Below, one piece after another: positions 12,639 through 28,329 of a stretch of DNA of 64,000 nucleotides. The stretch lies in the NCBI RefSeq assembly GCF_006345805.1, contig NC_042999.1, positions 92,132,001 through 92,196,000 of the forward strand. Direction: 5' to 3'. Both the position numbers and the translations under genes were made by a program. The notes beneath the pieces were generated by a model that was not told the origin of the DNA, did not search any database, and saw nothing but the letters and a program-made list of their open reading frames with translations. The DNA comes from Octopus sinensis. Its lineage: Eukaryota. The number at the start of each line of letters is the position of its first letter. Positions within the stretch are counted from its first letter, which is position 1.

Positions 12639-13706
12639 ATGTCATTATCACTAACAGTATGATTAAACTTAAAACCTACTAGTACGATATGAAATTATAA
12701 TAGATTCAATATATTACCATTGTTAATTGCAAGCAAAGAAAGGTTGGTAACACGTCATGTTTTCGCTGATGGTTTAGGTGATGACGCAGGAAGTATGAGA
12801 TATCCTCTTCACTTTGTCACTCTTGTCCCAGTAGCACATCTAGAAGAATGATATCGACAAGGTGAGAGTGCTCTTTTAGCTCCTGATTGGTGCTTTATCA
12901 ATCGCCCACGTAAGGATGAAAAATGAAAATGAAAATGAAAATTGTCTTTGGTGAGATTTAAACTCATTGTACAGAGAGCTAGTACAAATATCACAACGTA
13001 TACTATCCGACGTTCTTATGAATCTTACGGATTGACTACCGTATATAATGTAAGAGTATATATCAAATAATACAAACGAAATTACTGCAAAGGATCACAC
13101 ACACACACACACAGCTGAGCAGCCCATTGTTGCTGGACAATTTTCATAATAGAATGATTTTATTTCAACTCATTTTTTTTCTGTCTTCCCCCCGACCAAT
13201 AGGCTCTTGATCAGGACGGATTTCTGCATCATTTGAGGCAATTTACATTGTTTCGATATACGAAGTTCTTTCTGTTTTACCATTTGATGCGTAGCTGTAA
13301 ATGTTTTTGTTACTTCCTACTTTCGAACATCCAACGTAAAGCTGACGATGGGTGGACCAGAGCTCCACACAAGGTAACAGGCAATCAAAAATATTTACGC
13401 TTACGATTTGTCGATAGTCATGGCAAAACTAAGAGTCACTGGATATTGAAGTCGTCAGAATTGAAATGAGACATTGTATCCTGAGTCCATGTTACGGAGG
13501 CGCTTGTGCGCTTATCATCAGATTGATGCATCCTACGCGCAGGTGTCTCCTGAGACCGTGAACAGAGGCTCGTGTTTGCATATCATCAATTCTGTTGCAT
13601 CTGTTCCAGTGTCTCCTGAGTCTGCTGCTGCTGATGATTTGTGAGTGTTTTCCGACTGTGCCGCTCTAATGAAATTCCTTGAACACATGCATACACACAC
13701 ACACAC

Positions 13707-13812
<106 letters not shown>

Positions 13813-14045
13813 CACACATACAATCATATGCATACTCAACGTGAGGTATACATATACAGAAAAAGAGTGAGAAAGTATGGTAGAGAGGGGGAAGTTTACA
13901 ATGAGAAAAGCGTAAGACAGAGAGAGACACGGATAGACAGATACAGAGAGGTACATAGACAGGCACGCTCGTCTCCTGTAGTTGACTAGCATTACATGTC
14001 GTATCGAAAGAGGGAGGGAGAGATGGGTAAGGGAGAGAAAGAGAG

Positions 14046-14080
<35 letters not shown>

Positions 14081-14158
14081 AGAATGCGTGAGAGAGATAC
14101 ATTTACAGAGAGAGAGAAAGTGAGCGAGAGTGTTGTGAATATAGAGAGATGGGGAACG

Positions 14159-14552
14159 GCGGCGAGCTGGCAGAATCGTTAGCACGCCGGGCGAAATGCG
14201 TAGCCGTATTTCGTCTGCCGTTACGTACTGAGTTCAAATTCCACCGAGGTCGACTTTGCCTTTCATCCTTTCGAGGTCGATAAATTAAGTACCAGTTACG
14301 CACTGGGGTCGATATAATCGACTTAATCCGTGTGTCTGTCCTTGTTTGTCCCCTCTGTGTTTAGCCCCTTGTGGGTAGTAAAGAAATAGGTATTTCGTCT
14401 GCCGTTACGTTCTGAGTTCAAATTCCGCCGGGGTCGACTTTGCCTTTCATCCTTTCGGGGTCGATAAATTAAGTACCAGTTGCGTACTGGGGTTGATCTA
14501 ATCGACTAGCTGCTTGCCCCAAAATTTCAGACCTTGTGCCTAGAGTAGAGAA
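14159..14552 (+). mobile_element. Dimeric SINE (GGCGGCGAGCTGG family; two central domains) with 22-bp TSD
   Basis: A full monomer to AAAGAAATAGGT, then a restart at ATTTCGTCTGCCG with a second core and a different tail. TSD GAATATA(G/T)AGAGATGGGGAACG at 14137-14158 and 14553-14574. Confidence 0.9.
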
Positions 14553-14911
14553 GAATATATAGAGATGGGGAACGCGTAAAAGACAGAGACAGACAGATAG
14601 ACAGACTAAGAGATAGCGACGACTCACAGACACACACACCTAGAAATGTACACACACTCAGATAATCGTGAGTTTAAAACGGAGGCTTCAAAAGACATTC
14701 AATTTTGAAAGTTGACTTATTTCTCGTCGCAAGTTATATTTTTTGATTACTAATAAACAAGCTCTTTCTCCTTGGGATGCAGATTTCGAAAATCAAATCC
14801 GTTTTCTTTTTCTCTAGGACGCACCGCTCCGGAGCCTTTCGGTGATATACACATATGCATACACACATACGCCCTCATTTTATTGTAGATTACGTAGTGT
14901 GAAGACACCTA

Positions 14912-15050
14912 GCTTAGAGGTTAGGGTATTCAATTTAAATCATAGCTTCATTAGTTCAATTCCTGGACCGGACTACGCCTTGTGTCATTGAGCAAGTCGC
15001 CTCATTTCACATTGTTTCAATTTACTAAGCTTAAAATGTGTAGCAGACAA
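14912..15050 (+). mobile_element. Degenerate SINE head (TTGAGCAA core family)
   Basis: GGTTAGGGTATTC...AGTTCAATTCCTGGACC...GTCATTGAGCAAGTCGCCTCATTTCACATTG. Confidence 0.5.
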
Positions 15051-15119
15051 GTGTTGGTGCCACCCTCCCTCCAGCTGCCGCACCCTGAATGTAGCGCTGG
15101 ATCAAAGTTTGGAATGTAC

Positions 15120-15700
15120 GAGAAGGTTTCTATGCATGCTCGTGACTATGCATGCAGAGCGACGAAACCGCTCTGCACGAACTCATTTGGTGTCTAGGCA
15201 TTGCTGACGTGTGGGTTTTCGTCGCACAGCTACTGTCGCATGTGGGACGGATCCATCCGTCGGCCAAGTCCATAGTGAGGATTGCCCCACCGATTTCCTT
15301 AAATCGGGCAAGTAAGGTTGTTTTCTTTTTCCTGGTGGTGGTGGTGGTAGCGAAAGAGATTGTCTGGTGAATAAGGCTGAAAGGCAATAAGTCACAGACC
15401 TTCCTCTCTGACAGAGCCCTCATCGATTTTTTCAAGTTTTACATGAAAAGGAAAGCGATGTTAGAGAAGGAGGTGCTGTCCTCAAGTGAGTTTACTGAAG
15501 AGTAGGTGAAAGTTGCGAAAATGGCAAAAGTACAGACCTATGAATCGGAGAACAGGAATTGGAGAGGGCACCTGCCTTGGTGTTCAGGGAGATCTTTGAT
15601 TGTCGGGTTCCTCGATTATCCCTAGAGGTCCTTCTGCGTCAGGAAGACTACATCACTATCATCCTCCCCACTTTTATTTTATTTTGTTTTTACAATTCTA
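15120..15700 (+). mobile_element. L1/Tx1-clade LINE 3' end (zinc-knuckle and C-terminal domain), decayed
   Basis: Frame CMQSDETALHELIWC (Cx..ET..H....C knuckle) continues AKEIVW*IRLKG...ALIDFFKFYMKRK, typical of the L1/Tx1 ORF2 C-terminus. It ends in a T-rich tail. Confidence 0.7.
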
Positions 15701-15713
15701 AACAATATATGCT

Positions 15714-15776
<63 letters not shown>

Positions 15777-15830
15777 CTTATTGCATACAATGCATACTTC
15801 TATATATACAGACATTTATTTATGTATGTG

Positions 15831-15914
<84 letters not shown>

Positions 15915-16233
15915 AGATGTACCTGCATAGCAAGTGATTTGATCTGAGATCGTGTGCTGAAACGAAAACAATTGCAGCGTGGAAGGTGTTTGTAAGCCAT
16001 TTAAGAAACACACAAAAGCCGTTCGATTCACTTCAACATTTAAGTTTAATTTGTCAAAATATTTTCGTCGCTAAAATCCGCGACCTGTTCACTGACAAAA
16101 ATCCGTGCTGCATCTGAGAAAGTAACAGTTAGTTCGTTATATATATGTACGTATCTATGTGTGTGTGTATGTATGTATGCACGCATGTATGTATGCATGC
16201 ATGTATGTATGTACGTACGTACGCCTATGTGTA

Positions 16234-17525
16234 CGAGGGGCGTTCAATAAGTAATGCCCCTGACCCACTTCCCATAGCAGTAGAGCAACGAAACTTGGCA
16301 CAGTTATTAGTCTTTTTCTACATAGGAACCACCCAGAGTTACGCATTTCTCCCATTGTTTGATGCAGCTCTGGAGACCGTTTTTGTAGAAGACCCCAGCT
16401 TGGTCCTCCAACCTGAACGTGACTTCAGAAATCAAGGCTGCATCATCTGGGAAACGCTTTCCTTTCAAAAACAACTTCATGACTGGGAAGAGGGGAAAAT
16501 CAGAGGGTGCAAGGTCAGGAAAGTAGGAGGATGGGGGATGAGTTCATAGCCATACGGCTGTGCTTCTGATCTGGCGACAAGCGAGTTGTGGACCGGAGCG
16601 TTGTCCTGCAGGAGGAGGATGCCTTTGCTGATCTTGCCCCGCCTCTTGATTTTGATAACTTCTCTTAATTTCCTCAAAAGTGAAGCATAATAGGCTCCTG
16701 TAATTGTGGTACCCTTTGCCAGGAAATCTGTCATCACTACTCCGTCCTGGTCCCAGAAGACAGTGAGCATCACCTTGCCAGCGGAGGGCTGCACCCTTGC
16801 CTTCTTTGGAGGGGGTGAGTCACGGTGCTTCCACTGCATTGACTGGGCTTTGGTCTCTGGATCATCGTGATGGACCCAGGTTTTATCCTGTGTAATCAGT
16901 CTTTTGAAAAATTTTGACTTATCTTCTTGGCACATCTCCAAATTCATCCTCGAGCACTCGACGCGTTCTTGCTTCTGGAAAGGCGTGAGCAACCTGGGAA
17001 TCCATCTGGCACACACCTTTTGCATATGCAAATGATCATGAATGATAGTTTCCACAGACCCGGTACTAATCTTGACCTCATGGGCTATTTGGCGAATAAT
17101 TATGCGTCGATCTTCCAAAATAGCAGCCTCAACTTGACGGACAGATGCATCATCAATGGCAGAAGCGGGGCGACCAGATCTGGGAGCTGTTTCCACAGAG
17201 TTCCGACCATGTTTGAATTCCCGATACCAGCGTTTTACAAGGTCATATGATGGGGCATCATCACCATAAGTTACTTTCATTTCATCAAAAGTCTCCCGTG
17301 GTGTGCGTCCTTTCAAATACAAAAACCGGATCACTGCTCGACACTCAACAGGCTCCATTTCACACTTGACTCAGTTCAAACACCTGTAAATCAGACACCA
17401 CAATTAGTTCAGAGCTGTAATTTGTCACGTACTCTATAGAGATATAAATAATTGCACATGCAAAATTTCAGCTAGATCAAACAACTCCAAGTGGGTCAGG
17501 GGCATTACTTATTGACCGTCCCTCG
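16234..17525 (-). mobile_element. Full-length mariner (DD34D) transposon, irritans/Bytmar-like
   Basis: 37-bp TIRs CGAGGG(G/A)CG(T/G)TCAATAAGTAATGCCCCTGACCCACTT with 2 mismatches, TA duplication on both sides and a transposase ORF inside. The subfamily call is inference from TIR and N-terminus resemblance. Confidence 0.97.
16307..17358 (-). pseudogene. Mariner transposase, about 350 aa, with one 1-bp frameshift
   Basis: HTH N-terminus (RAVIRFLYLKG..PRSGRP), WIPRLL, TQDKTW, LQDNAPVH. After HPP the frame shifts; the shifted frame reads YFPDLAPSDF...WEKCVTLGGSYVEKD* with the stop at 16307-16309. Confidence 0.93.
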
Positions 17526-18769
17526 TATGTATGTATGTATGTATGTATGTATGTATGTATGTATGTATGTATGTATGTATGTATGTGTGTATATGCACGC
17601 ACACACACACTATAAACTTAAAGCTATAAACCTGTAGTGATGGATAGATGTAGACTGACCACTCATCACAACAATATCAAATTTCAACCTCCCCCGCCGG
17701 AACTAGGAAGTGATTTACGACTCTCACCCCCACGACAAAACTCTAAGACCTATTATCAGTAACTTATCTCTATATCACAAAACTTTTGTTTTACTATTAC
17801 TTATCTCTTTTTTTCCTCCCTTACATCTAGTTAGTTCAGGTTATATATACGTATGTATGTGTGTATGTATGTATGTATGTATGTGTGTATGCACGTACGT
17901 ACGCATGTGCGCATGTATGTATATGCGCACGTATGCATGTGCGTATGTATGTGTGTTTGTACATGTACGTGCGTATGTACGTGTGTACGCCCATACGCAG
18001 GTATGTATGTTTGTATTTATATGCTACGTATGTATGTGAGTATCTAGGAGAACGGGCAGACGCGTCTGTGTGTGTGTACATGTGAACGTATGTCCGTGTA
18101 CTGGTATGTGTCCGTCTAAGTTGTGTACATGACTGTTACTTTGTTGAAGGTTCTATATATATACACCCATATATGTTTGCATAGACGCACACACATATAA
18201 ATATATATGTGTGGGTGTGTGTTTGTTCCTCTCATCATCGTCTAACGGTGAATGGATACAACGTTTAGGTGCAACTGTGCACATATAACCATATACACAA
18301 GTACACACAATCATATAGACACACTCATAAATACACTTATAACCTTAAATTATATACTCATATATGCTTATCCACTTCAACATACATATGTCCTAGTACA
18401 CACATACACACACACACGCACACACTCGCATAAACATACATATGCACACACACACGCACACACTCGCATAAACATACATATGCACACACACACACATACA
18501 TATAAAATAAGACACAGTATTCAAGGGCAACGGTTAAAAATCGAACATGCATTATATTAACATATCTGCTTTTTTTTTATTATATATATATGCATAAACG
18601 TATACATATACAATGCATACATACACCCATACATACTCATATGTGCATGCATGTGCATTAAATTCCTTTTTTTATAGCACCACACACGCACATACGTAAC
18701 AACGTACGCTCATACGGTTATATATAACTGCACACGCATTGCAACATGTATGTAAGGATTACATGTAAA

Positions 18770-20626
18770 CGAGAGAGAGGGGTGGTTATAGAATGGTCCT
18801 CCTGAATGGGATCTGGATGTTACTCCATTCGGATTTTCGGTTGAGAGTAGGTTTGTATTCTTGTATACAAACAGCTTCTGTGACCTGTCTCATCATTGCA
18901 TCGGTGGGATGTGTTGATAGGATGTTTAACTTAAGTTTCCCTAAGAATCCCTTGTGGCTGTCTACAGAATGTTGATAGAAGATGGAGTTTGGCTTCCTTT
19001 CAATGTAGTTGTCCAGGTGTTCTTTGAACCTATCATTGATACTCCTAGAAGTCTCACCTATGTATGACTCTGGGTTAGTCGCACAAGCTCCCTCTTGTCA
19101 CTCAATTTGGTATACAGTGCCCTTGGTTTTGCAGTTCACATGTGGGTTTGTCGAACATACTGCACAATTACTTTGACATGTGATTCTATCAAATGGATAT
19201 GATCTGCATAATGCAGATTTGATAGTCCTACCTGTCTTTTCTACAACTTTGATTTTAAGGCCAGTACGGCGCAGGATACTCTTGAATGCCTTACTTAGCT
19301 CATTTTTAGGTGTGGCGTCAACGAACATTATCCCGTGAAATTTCCTGTTATCATACCAAGTATCGTTTCTCATCCTTTTGTTGGTGTCTCTCTCTAACCT
19401 ATTCCAGAACTTGTTGCGGTATATACTTGTTGCGGCATATACCGTTTTCGTCGTCCCTTAGAATGCGTTCGAATCTTGCTTTCGCTCCCTTGTACACTCT
19501 GACTCTATCGCCTTGTGTGTATCTGGAGCGTTGCATTCGGAATATGTAGTGCTGGATGTGTTGTTGTCATTCTTGTGGTTGGCATAGTTGGGATACATTC
19601 CTCATTACTCTAATTAAGTCTGCCACTAGGATGTTGAGTTTGGTAATATTCGACATAGCTGAGTCACTACAGATTACTAGTGGATTAGCCATCGGTTTTT
19701 GATAGTGTGAGTGGAGTATACAGGGTTTAATGGTTCCATTAACCATAGTATCTTCTATACATAGCTCAGTATCTAGGACGGGTAATCGTTTACTGGGGTG
19801 TTTAGAGGGGTAGTCTATGGTAACTTTTATACTGCTGTGGATAGAGTCAGCTATGTGTTGTATAGATGTCATCACCTGTTCTTCACTTAGTAGAGAGCCC
19901 ATAACTGTGTCTGTAATATAACATTTCACGACAAGGTTAATGTCGTCGACGTAACGAGAGTACATAGCTAAGTGGATGTTACGGGTTGCTAAGCACTGTT
20001 TAAAATGTCTGTCCCACCATACCATGAAGAGGTTTGCAACGTCACCGGCGATCCCTACTCCAATAGCACCGCCTTTCGTCTGCTTATACAGTGTGTTGTC
20101 AAACTTAAAAATATGTGTTTTAAGTGTAATTCTCAGGCTGACACCGATAGCATGTGCGATGGTAGTTCTAATGTCGTGTGCATTTGAAGGTGGGTAGTCC
20201 GGCTTCGTCCAGCCCTGCCAGCGCTCACAGTGAGTCTTTCTGTATGCTGAGGTAATGGTAGGTGGTCTACCTCGTTTGTTACGGGTGGGACAAGCATACA
20301 GAAGATTATTGTGCGACAGGTATTCATTGGTACACGTCAGGGCCAGGAAGAGCCCTAGTTCATATACATCCACATTTTAAAAAATCATACTACTCTCACT
20401 AATTATTTCTATACATTTATCGACAGTAAAGTCTTCATCGATGGAGGGATATAGTGTTCCACATCCATGCTACCTACGATGTGGTTCTTGAAGTCACACG
20501 TGTTGTTGCATTCGTGGAACCTGCTGAGGAGGTCCTCAGTACTGTCACATACATCCGCAGATAGTTCTATTAATGGTCGTAGGAATTGTGAGAGAAAATA
20601 TATTTTGTGGTTGTTTGCATTGTTGG

Positions 20627-20632
<6 letters not shown>
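18770..20632 (-). mobile_element. Penelope-like element (RT + Cys-rich linker + GIY-YIG endonuclease), decayed, 5'-truncated
   Basis: SMDVE/LYPSID (motif A, frameshifted), YKQTKGGAIG, YSRYVDD, RLPVLD, a CQSNCAVC linker, and GTVYQIE...YIGETSRSINDRFKEH (GIY-YIG). The Cys-rich linker suggests the Neptune lineage (inference). Confidence 0.93.
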
Positions 20633-20675
<43 letters not shown>

Positions 20676-20884
20676 TGTGAAATAGAAAGATGAATAATCT
20701 TGTTGCAGATTAATCAAAAGTTTAACCGATACCTTGGTCGCAAAAATCACAGCAGAAGACAGCACGGTTGGAGGTACAACCATATGGTGTTGCAACCGTG
20801 CGTTGGTGCGGATAATTGAATTTTAATATTATTAGTGAATTGAAGAAATGGAGTTGAACGAAGATTGAACAGAAATCGTTTTAT

Positions 20885-20972
20885 TGCATTCTACACGTGT
20901 TTCGAAAGGCACAATTTACCAAATTCCGATTGAATAATGAGACCATATTGTGTCTTTCTCTTCAGGAAGAAA
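20885..20972 (-). ncRNA. Type I hammerhead ribozyme motif (PLE-type), palindromic stem III
   Basis: Minus strand: UUC-CUGAAGA-GAAAGACACAAU...AUUGUGCCUUUC-GAAAC-ACGU-GUA-GAA. All conserved core nucleotides are present. Stem II is 12 bp with one mismatch. Predicted cleavage is after GUA (20892/20891). Confidence 0.8.
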
Positions 20973-21070
20973 TAGGAAATCCGTTGGAATAAACAAAAAC
21001 AGAACAGAGGCGATTCGATTTGTTTTACTCCGCCTCTGTTCTGTTTTTGTTTATTCCAACGGAATTCCTA

Positions 21071-21157
21071 TTTCTTCCTGAAGAGAAAGACACAATATGG
21101 TCTCATTATTCAATCGGAATTTGGTAAATTGTGCCTTTCGAAACGTGTAGAATGAAA
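21071..21157 (+). ncRNA. Type I hammerhead ribozyme motif (PLE-type), shortened stem III
   Basis: CTGAAGA at 21078-21084, stem II 21085-21096/21128-21139, GAAAC at 21140-21144, and GT-GTA cleavage triplet ending at 21149. Confidence 0.75.
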
Positions 21158-21202
21158 CGATTTCTGTTCAATCTTCGTTCAACTCCATTTCTTCAATTCA
21201 CT

Positions 21203-23628
<2,426 letters not shown>

Positions 23629-23732
23629 ATATATATATATTCTTATTTCATTATCTATAGTCCCCTATACTTGATGTCTGTTTCTGTACTGTCCCCCTCA
23701 TCCTTCGCCTTGGAGGCAAATAAAGGCTATCA

Positions 23733-23950
23733 TTGGCGAGTTGGCAGAATCGTTAGCACGCTGGACGAAATGCTTAGCAGTATTTCGCCCGTCGCTCCGT
23801 TTCGAATTCAAATTCTGCCGAGGTTGACTTTGTCTTTCATCCTTTCGGGGTCGATAAAATAGGTACCAGTTGAACACTGGGGTCGATGTAATCGACTCAT
23901 CTCCTCCCCCAAAATTGCTACCCTTGTGCCAAAATTCGAAACAATTATTA
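23733..23950 (+). mobile_element. tRNA-derived SINE (GGCGGCGAGCTGG family, short-tail variant)
   Basis: GGCGAGTTGGCAGAATCGTTAGC head, GACTTTGTCTTTCATCCTTTCGGGGTCGATAAAATAGGTACC core, tail CCTTGTGCCAAAATTCGAAAC. Confidence 0.88.
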
Positions 23951-24719
23951 TCGTTATTATTGCATGTGTATAAAACACACGTACATGTGTGAATGTGCAC
24001 GTGTGTGTTTATCTGTATGTTCCCGAAGACAAGTTTATCATATAACATTATTTTCAACCATGGACATTTAGAGGGACGGTCGATTTTTAACAGTCACGGT
24101 ACCATACTTGACTGGTACTATTTTTATGATCCCAGAAGCATAACAGGAAAAAACAGATCCCAGAAGTATCAAAAATCAGGTCTGTGGAAATATATAATTG
24201 AATATTACATACACGACATTTTGTCCACCACGGTACCGATTCTGGCAAAACATAATCCTTGTATTTTATAGATGTAGTCCTAGGTGTACACAAAGAAGGT
24301 ATTAAAAACCTTGATTCTGATTTGCAGAAAAAGAGCTGATCTGGGGCTAAACCAACAATGCCACTGTGTGTGTGCACGCGCGCGCGCATGTATATATTCT
24401 CCCATATGACAAGATACGTAATGTAACATTTAGTCATTTTATAAGCCAAGCACCAAGTATCGCAACTCTATAACTAACAATTCTATCTTACACTGGAATG
24501 ACTACTCCCATCTAACGTAGTAATTAATGTACATTGCCACAAGAACCAGATCTAAATGTATCTATCTACGGTACACTATCATCATCCTCATCATCATCAT
24601 CATCATCATCTTCATCATTATTTCTATATACATACATACTCACGTGTATGTGTGTCTGATGTTTAAACTCTACATATGTATGTAGGTGTATATATATACA
24701 TATAAATATATACATTTAC

Positions 24720-24770
<51 letters not shown>

Positions 24771-25229
24771 ATATATATAATATATATATATATATACATA
24801 CATATATATAGAGAGAGAGAGTGTGTGAGTGTGTGTGTTTGTGTGTGTATGTATGTGTGTGTGTCCATGCGTGCGTGCGTGCGTACGTAAGGTGTTCAGA
24901 CTATATCGCCTTGATTTTCAACATAGTTGGCAAAACGAATCAAAACAACAATAACGAAAATGACAAAAGGGTGAGAATAAATAGTATAGGTGAAAGAAAA
25001 TACTGAAGAGGCTTAAAATTTTGTCAAAATTTAAATAGAAATAGCTTAGAAAATTATAAAATAGCATCGTGAGTGAAATGACTTCAAGAAAATATTCTTA
25101 ATAAAGGTCATGAATTACATTTCATACCGAAAATTGAAAAACCGAGCACAGCACTTTTCAATTAGGAAGGTGACAAGAAAACATAGATTAGAAAATGTAG
25201 TAGGACAAAAAGATTATATATATATATAA

Positions 25230-25260
<31 letters not shown>

Positions 25261-25454
25261 TGTATGTATATGTGTGTATATAGATATATATGTATGTATG
25301 TATGAATGTATGTATGCATACATATATCTATAGATAGATAGATAGATAGATAGATACATACATACATACATACATACATACATACATACATACATACATA
25401 CATAATACATACATAGACATACAGACAGGCAGACAGAGAGACAGATACATATAT

Positions 25455-25612
25455 TAGGCGCAGACGTGGCTGTATGGTAGGAACGTTGCTTCCCAACCAC
25501 AGTATTCCAGGTCCAGTCCCACTGCATGGCACCTTTGGCAAGTGTCTTCGAAGTCAAAAGTCTTGCAAGTGGATTCGATAGACGGAAACTAAACGAAGCC
25601 CGTCCTATATAA
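25455..25612 (+). mobile_element. CORE-like SINE head (AGGCGCAGG family), partial
   Basis: TAGGCGCAGACGTGGCTGTATGG...GGCACCTTTGGCAAGTGTCTT...GACGGAAACTAAACGAAGCCCGTC. Confidence 0.8.
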
Positions 25613-25622
25613 ATAGATGGAC

Positions 25623-25721
<99 letters not shown>

Positions 25722-26490
25722 CATACAATGGAACAAAAACGCAATAAAGGACAATAAAACATTCGGTCAGATAGACGATACAAAGGCGGACAGGAAAAAC
25801 AGCAATTAGTAGGATAGGGGAAAAGGGACGTGTCATTCGTGGCCTTCTTGCTTCAGCCAAGTTACCAGATGTCTTTACAGTTTCGAACAGTTACAATTGA
25901 GACTGTTAAAAAAAGTTTAAGCTAAGAGTATTAGATTTTTTTGTAAGTAAGTTAGCGATTGTGTACAGCAGCAAAGACAAAAGCGGAGAACATGATGCAC
26001 AATTACAAATACAAACAACAATAATATAGCAACAAGTGTCTTTCGACTGAGGACGATTCCTATTGAGCTGGCATGTATGAAGTGAAAGCCTAAAAGCAAG
26101 AACATAGGAGATGGACATAAGGGGTATTAGCGATCGGCAGTCAGGCCAAGAAATAAAGATCATGGCTGGTTGGACGCCGGTCACACACACACACACACAC
26201 ACACACAAACATATATATATACATATATATACATACATACATATGTATGTGTGTAAATGTGTGTATGCAGGAGTGTCTGTCTGAGTGTGTATATGTGTGT
26301 ATGTTTGTGTATAAGTAAGATATGAAGAAAATGACGTCAAAAGGCATCACTTCCCAAGAGTTCTAGCACTGCTTCCAATAGTGGAAACGTGCCCGGACTA
26401 ATGCATTGTTTCAAATGAAGAATTCTTTGAAGGCAATAAAAGTGAATAAAATAATATTGCGAAATTCCTGCCTCTTTTAGGTTCACCCTC

Positions 26491-26609
<119 letters not shown>

Positions 26610-26626
26610 TATATACATACATACAT

Positions 26627-26671
<45 letters not shown>

Positions 26672-26680
26672 CATATATGT

Positions 26681-26763
<83 letters not shown>

Positions 26764-27139
26764 TTAATATATATGAGTGAGTGAGTGTGTATCTGTGTGC
26801 GATTGTGTGTATGTGTATACATATAATTTCGAAGGAGGGGAGCAAAATTACAGATATTCTTTATAAAATGCGTTATAACAGAAGCTGTATTGCTTCAATA
26901 TTGATACTGACGTAGACGGTATTAGCGGCGATATATAGTATATACTTGTACTGATTACATTAGTATTTGTGTTGATGGTGATGTTGGTCTTAATATTGAT
27001 ACATATACAATGTATAAGTGGTGTCAATAATTATGGTATTGGCAGCGTTATTGAATATCTATAGTGTAGGCAGCAAATGGTTTTGAAATAATGAAGTAAT
27101 TTCCGGCGTAGCGAACATAGGTGTCTGAAATTTGATGAA

Positions 27140-27900
27140 TATATGTTAATATTTTCTTCCATTGTCGAATGGACACGTCATTGGACGAATGATGGTTACA
27201 GTGGGTTGGTTTTTATTATTTGTATTGGTAAATTGTATTGGTTTCTGGTAAAGATAATGCTGCTGACGATGACAGCTTTGTTGGTAGTGATGTTGTTGGT
27301 AATGGTGGAGATGGTATTGGTGGTAGTAGTGTTGGTGGTATTAACGGTAATGGAAGTGGTAGATGTAATGGTGGTGGATGTAGTCAGATTGTGATGGTGA
27401 TGATGTAGGGAGTTATTGTTTGATGTAATTAACGACGTGATGTTCGAAATGTTTGTTAATTGCGATCGTGATGGTGACGGTGATGTTGTTATAGCTATCA
27501 TGTTCTGGTGATCATATTATCTATTAGGGTTGTATGCATCATAGCAGTAGGGACGATAATCGCCGTCATGCGAGCTTTGGTGGAACAGCTGAAGCTGGTG
27601 GTGTTGTACATAGGTGGTGCGATAATTGAGGTAATGCAGTTGACCAATGGTAATAATGGTAGTTGTGGTGGTCGCAGCGGCAGCGATGGTGGTGGTAGTG
27701 GTGGTGGTGGTGGTGGTGACGATGCTGTTGCCGATACTGACAATAGCGGTAGGGCTGGTGGTCGAGATGATACAGATTATGAGGAAGAGGAGGGGGAGGA
27801 GGAGGAGGAGGAGGCGGAGGAGGCGGAGGAGGAGGAGGATGTTCATAGTGATAGTGAGGACAAAGTGACAGTGATGGTGATATGTACAAAGGAGCAATAA
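27140..27900. repeat. Cryptic trinucleotide (GGT/GAT/GAG) low-complexity tract
   Basis: Degenerate GTG/GAT/GAG runs give homopolymeric ORFs in several frames on both strands. Confidence 0.85.
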
Positions 27901-28280
27901 CTGTTCATACCATTAAAATACCAATCTGCCATTTGCGAAGACCATGAGAACTATCCTCTCCTTTTTAACTGTGCTATAAAGAATGTCAGGGGCACAATGG
28001 TACGTCTGTTGTCTATGGCGATGAACATAACGAGCAATAACTATGTAACACATTATAAATAAATATTTCTTGATTGGACAAGTAAAACGCATAAAATACA
28101 GCCGATGTCAACTTCGCTTGCCATCTTTCTAATAAATAATCAGTCTTGTACTAGGGACGATTCCTTTTCTGTCACTTTATGTTTCTGTCCATTCTTCTCT
28201 CTCCTGGAAGTTATCAGCTGTGACATCTTATTCTTGACTACACGAAATATAAAATCTCACTACGACACAGCAAGTATAAT

Positions 28281-28329
28281 ATGTCACAACGACGCCCCTA
28301 CTATTACATGAAGGAGTTGAGTGACCAAG
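28281..28329 (+). CDS. Candidate first coding exon (MSQRRPYYYMKELSDQ), gene unknown
   Basis: AATATG start, 16 open codons, strong donor CAAG|GTAAGG, in unique non-repeat sequence. No downstream partner exon established. Confidence 0.2.

Larger units (their letters stand above)
15968..18196 (+). repeat. Left arm of large inverted duplication (interrupted by mariner)
   Basis: 15968-16233 plus 17526-18196 is the reverse complement of 23550-23628 plus 21305-22063, with only scattered differences. Confidence 0.95.

Noticed and set aside
25740-26185. Possible solo LTR (minus strand starts TGTGAC) with AACAGT..ACTGTT-CGAAACTGTA hairpin
   Set aside because: No clear CA end, TSD or partner LTR, and the hammerhead 5' core is absent. 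It is probably a repeat fragment but unclassifiable here.
27143-27900. 130-aa Gly/Glu-rich ORF and overlapping Pro/His/Thr-rich ORFs
   Set aside because: Cryptic trinucleotide repeats open several frames on both strands. There are no splice signals or domain features.
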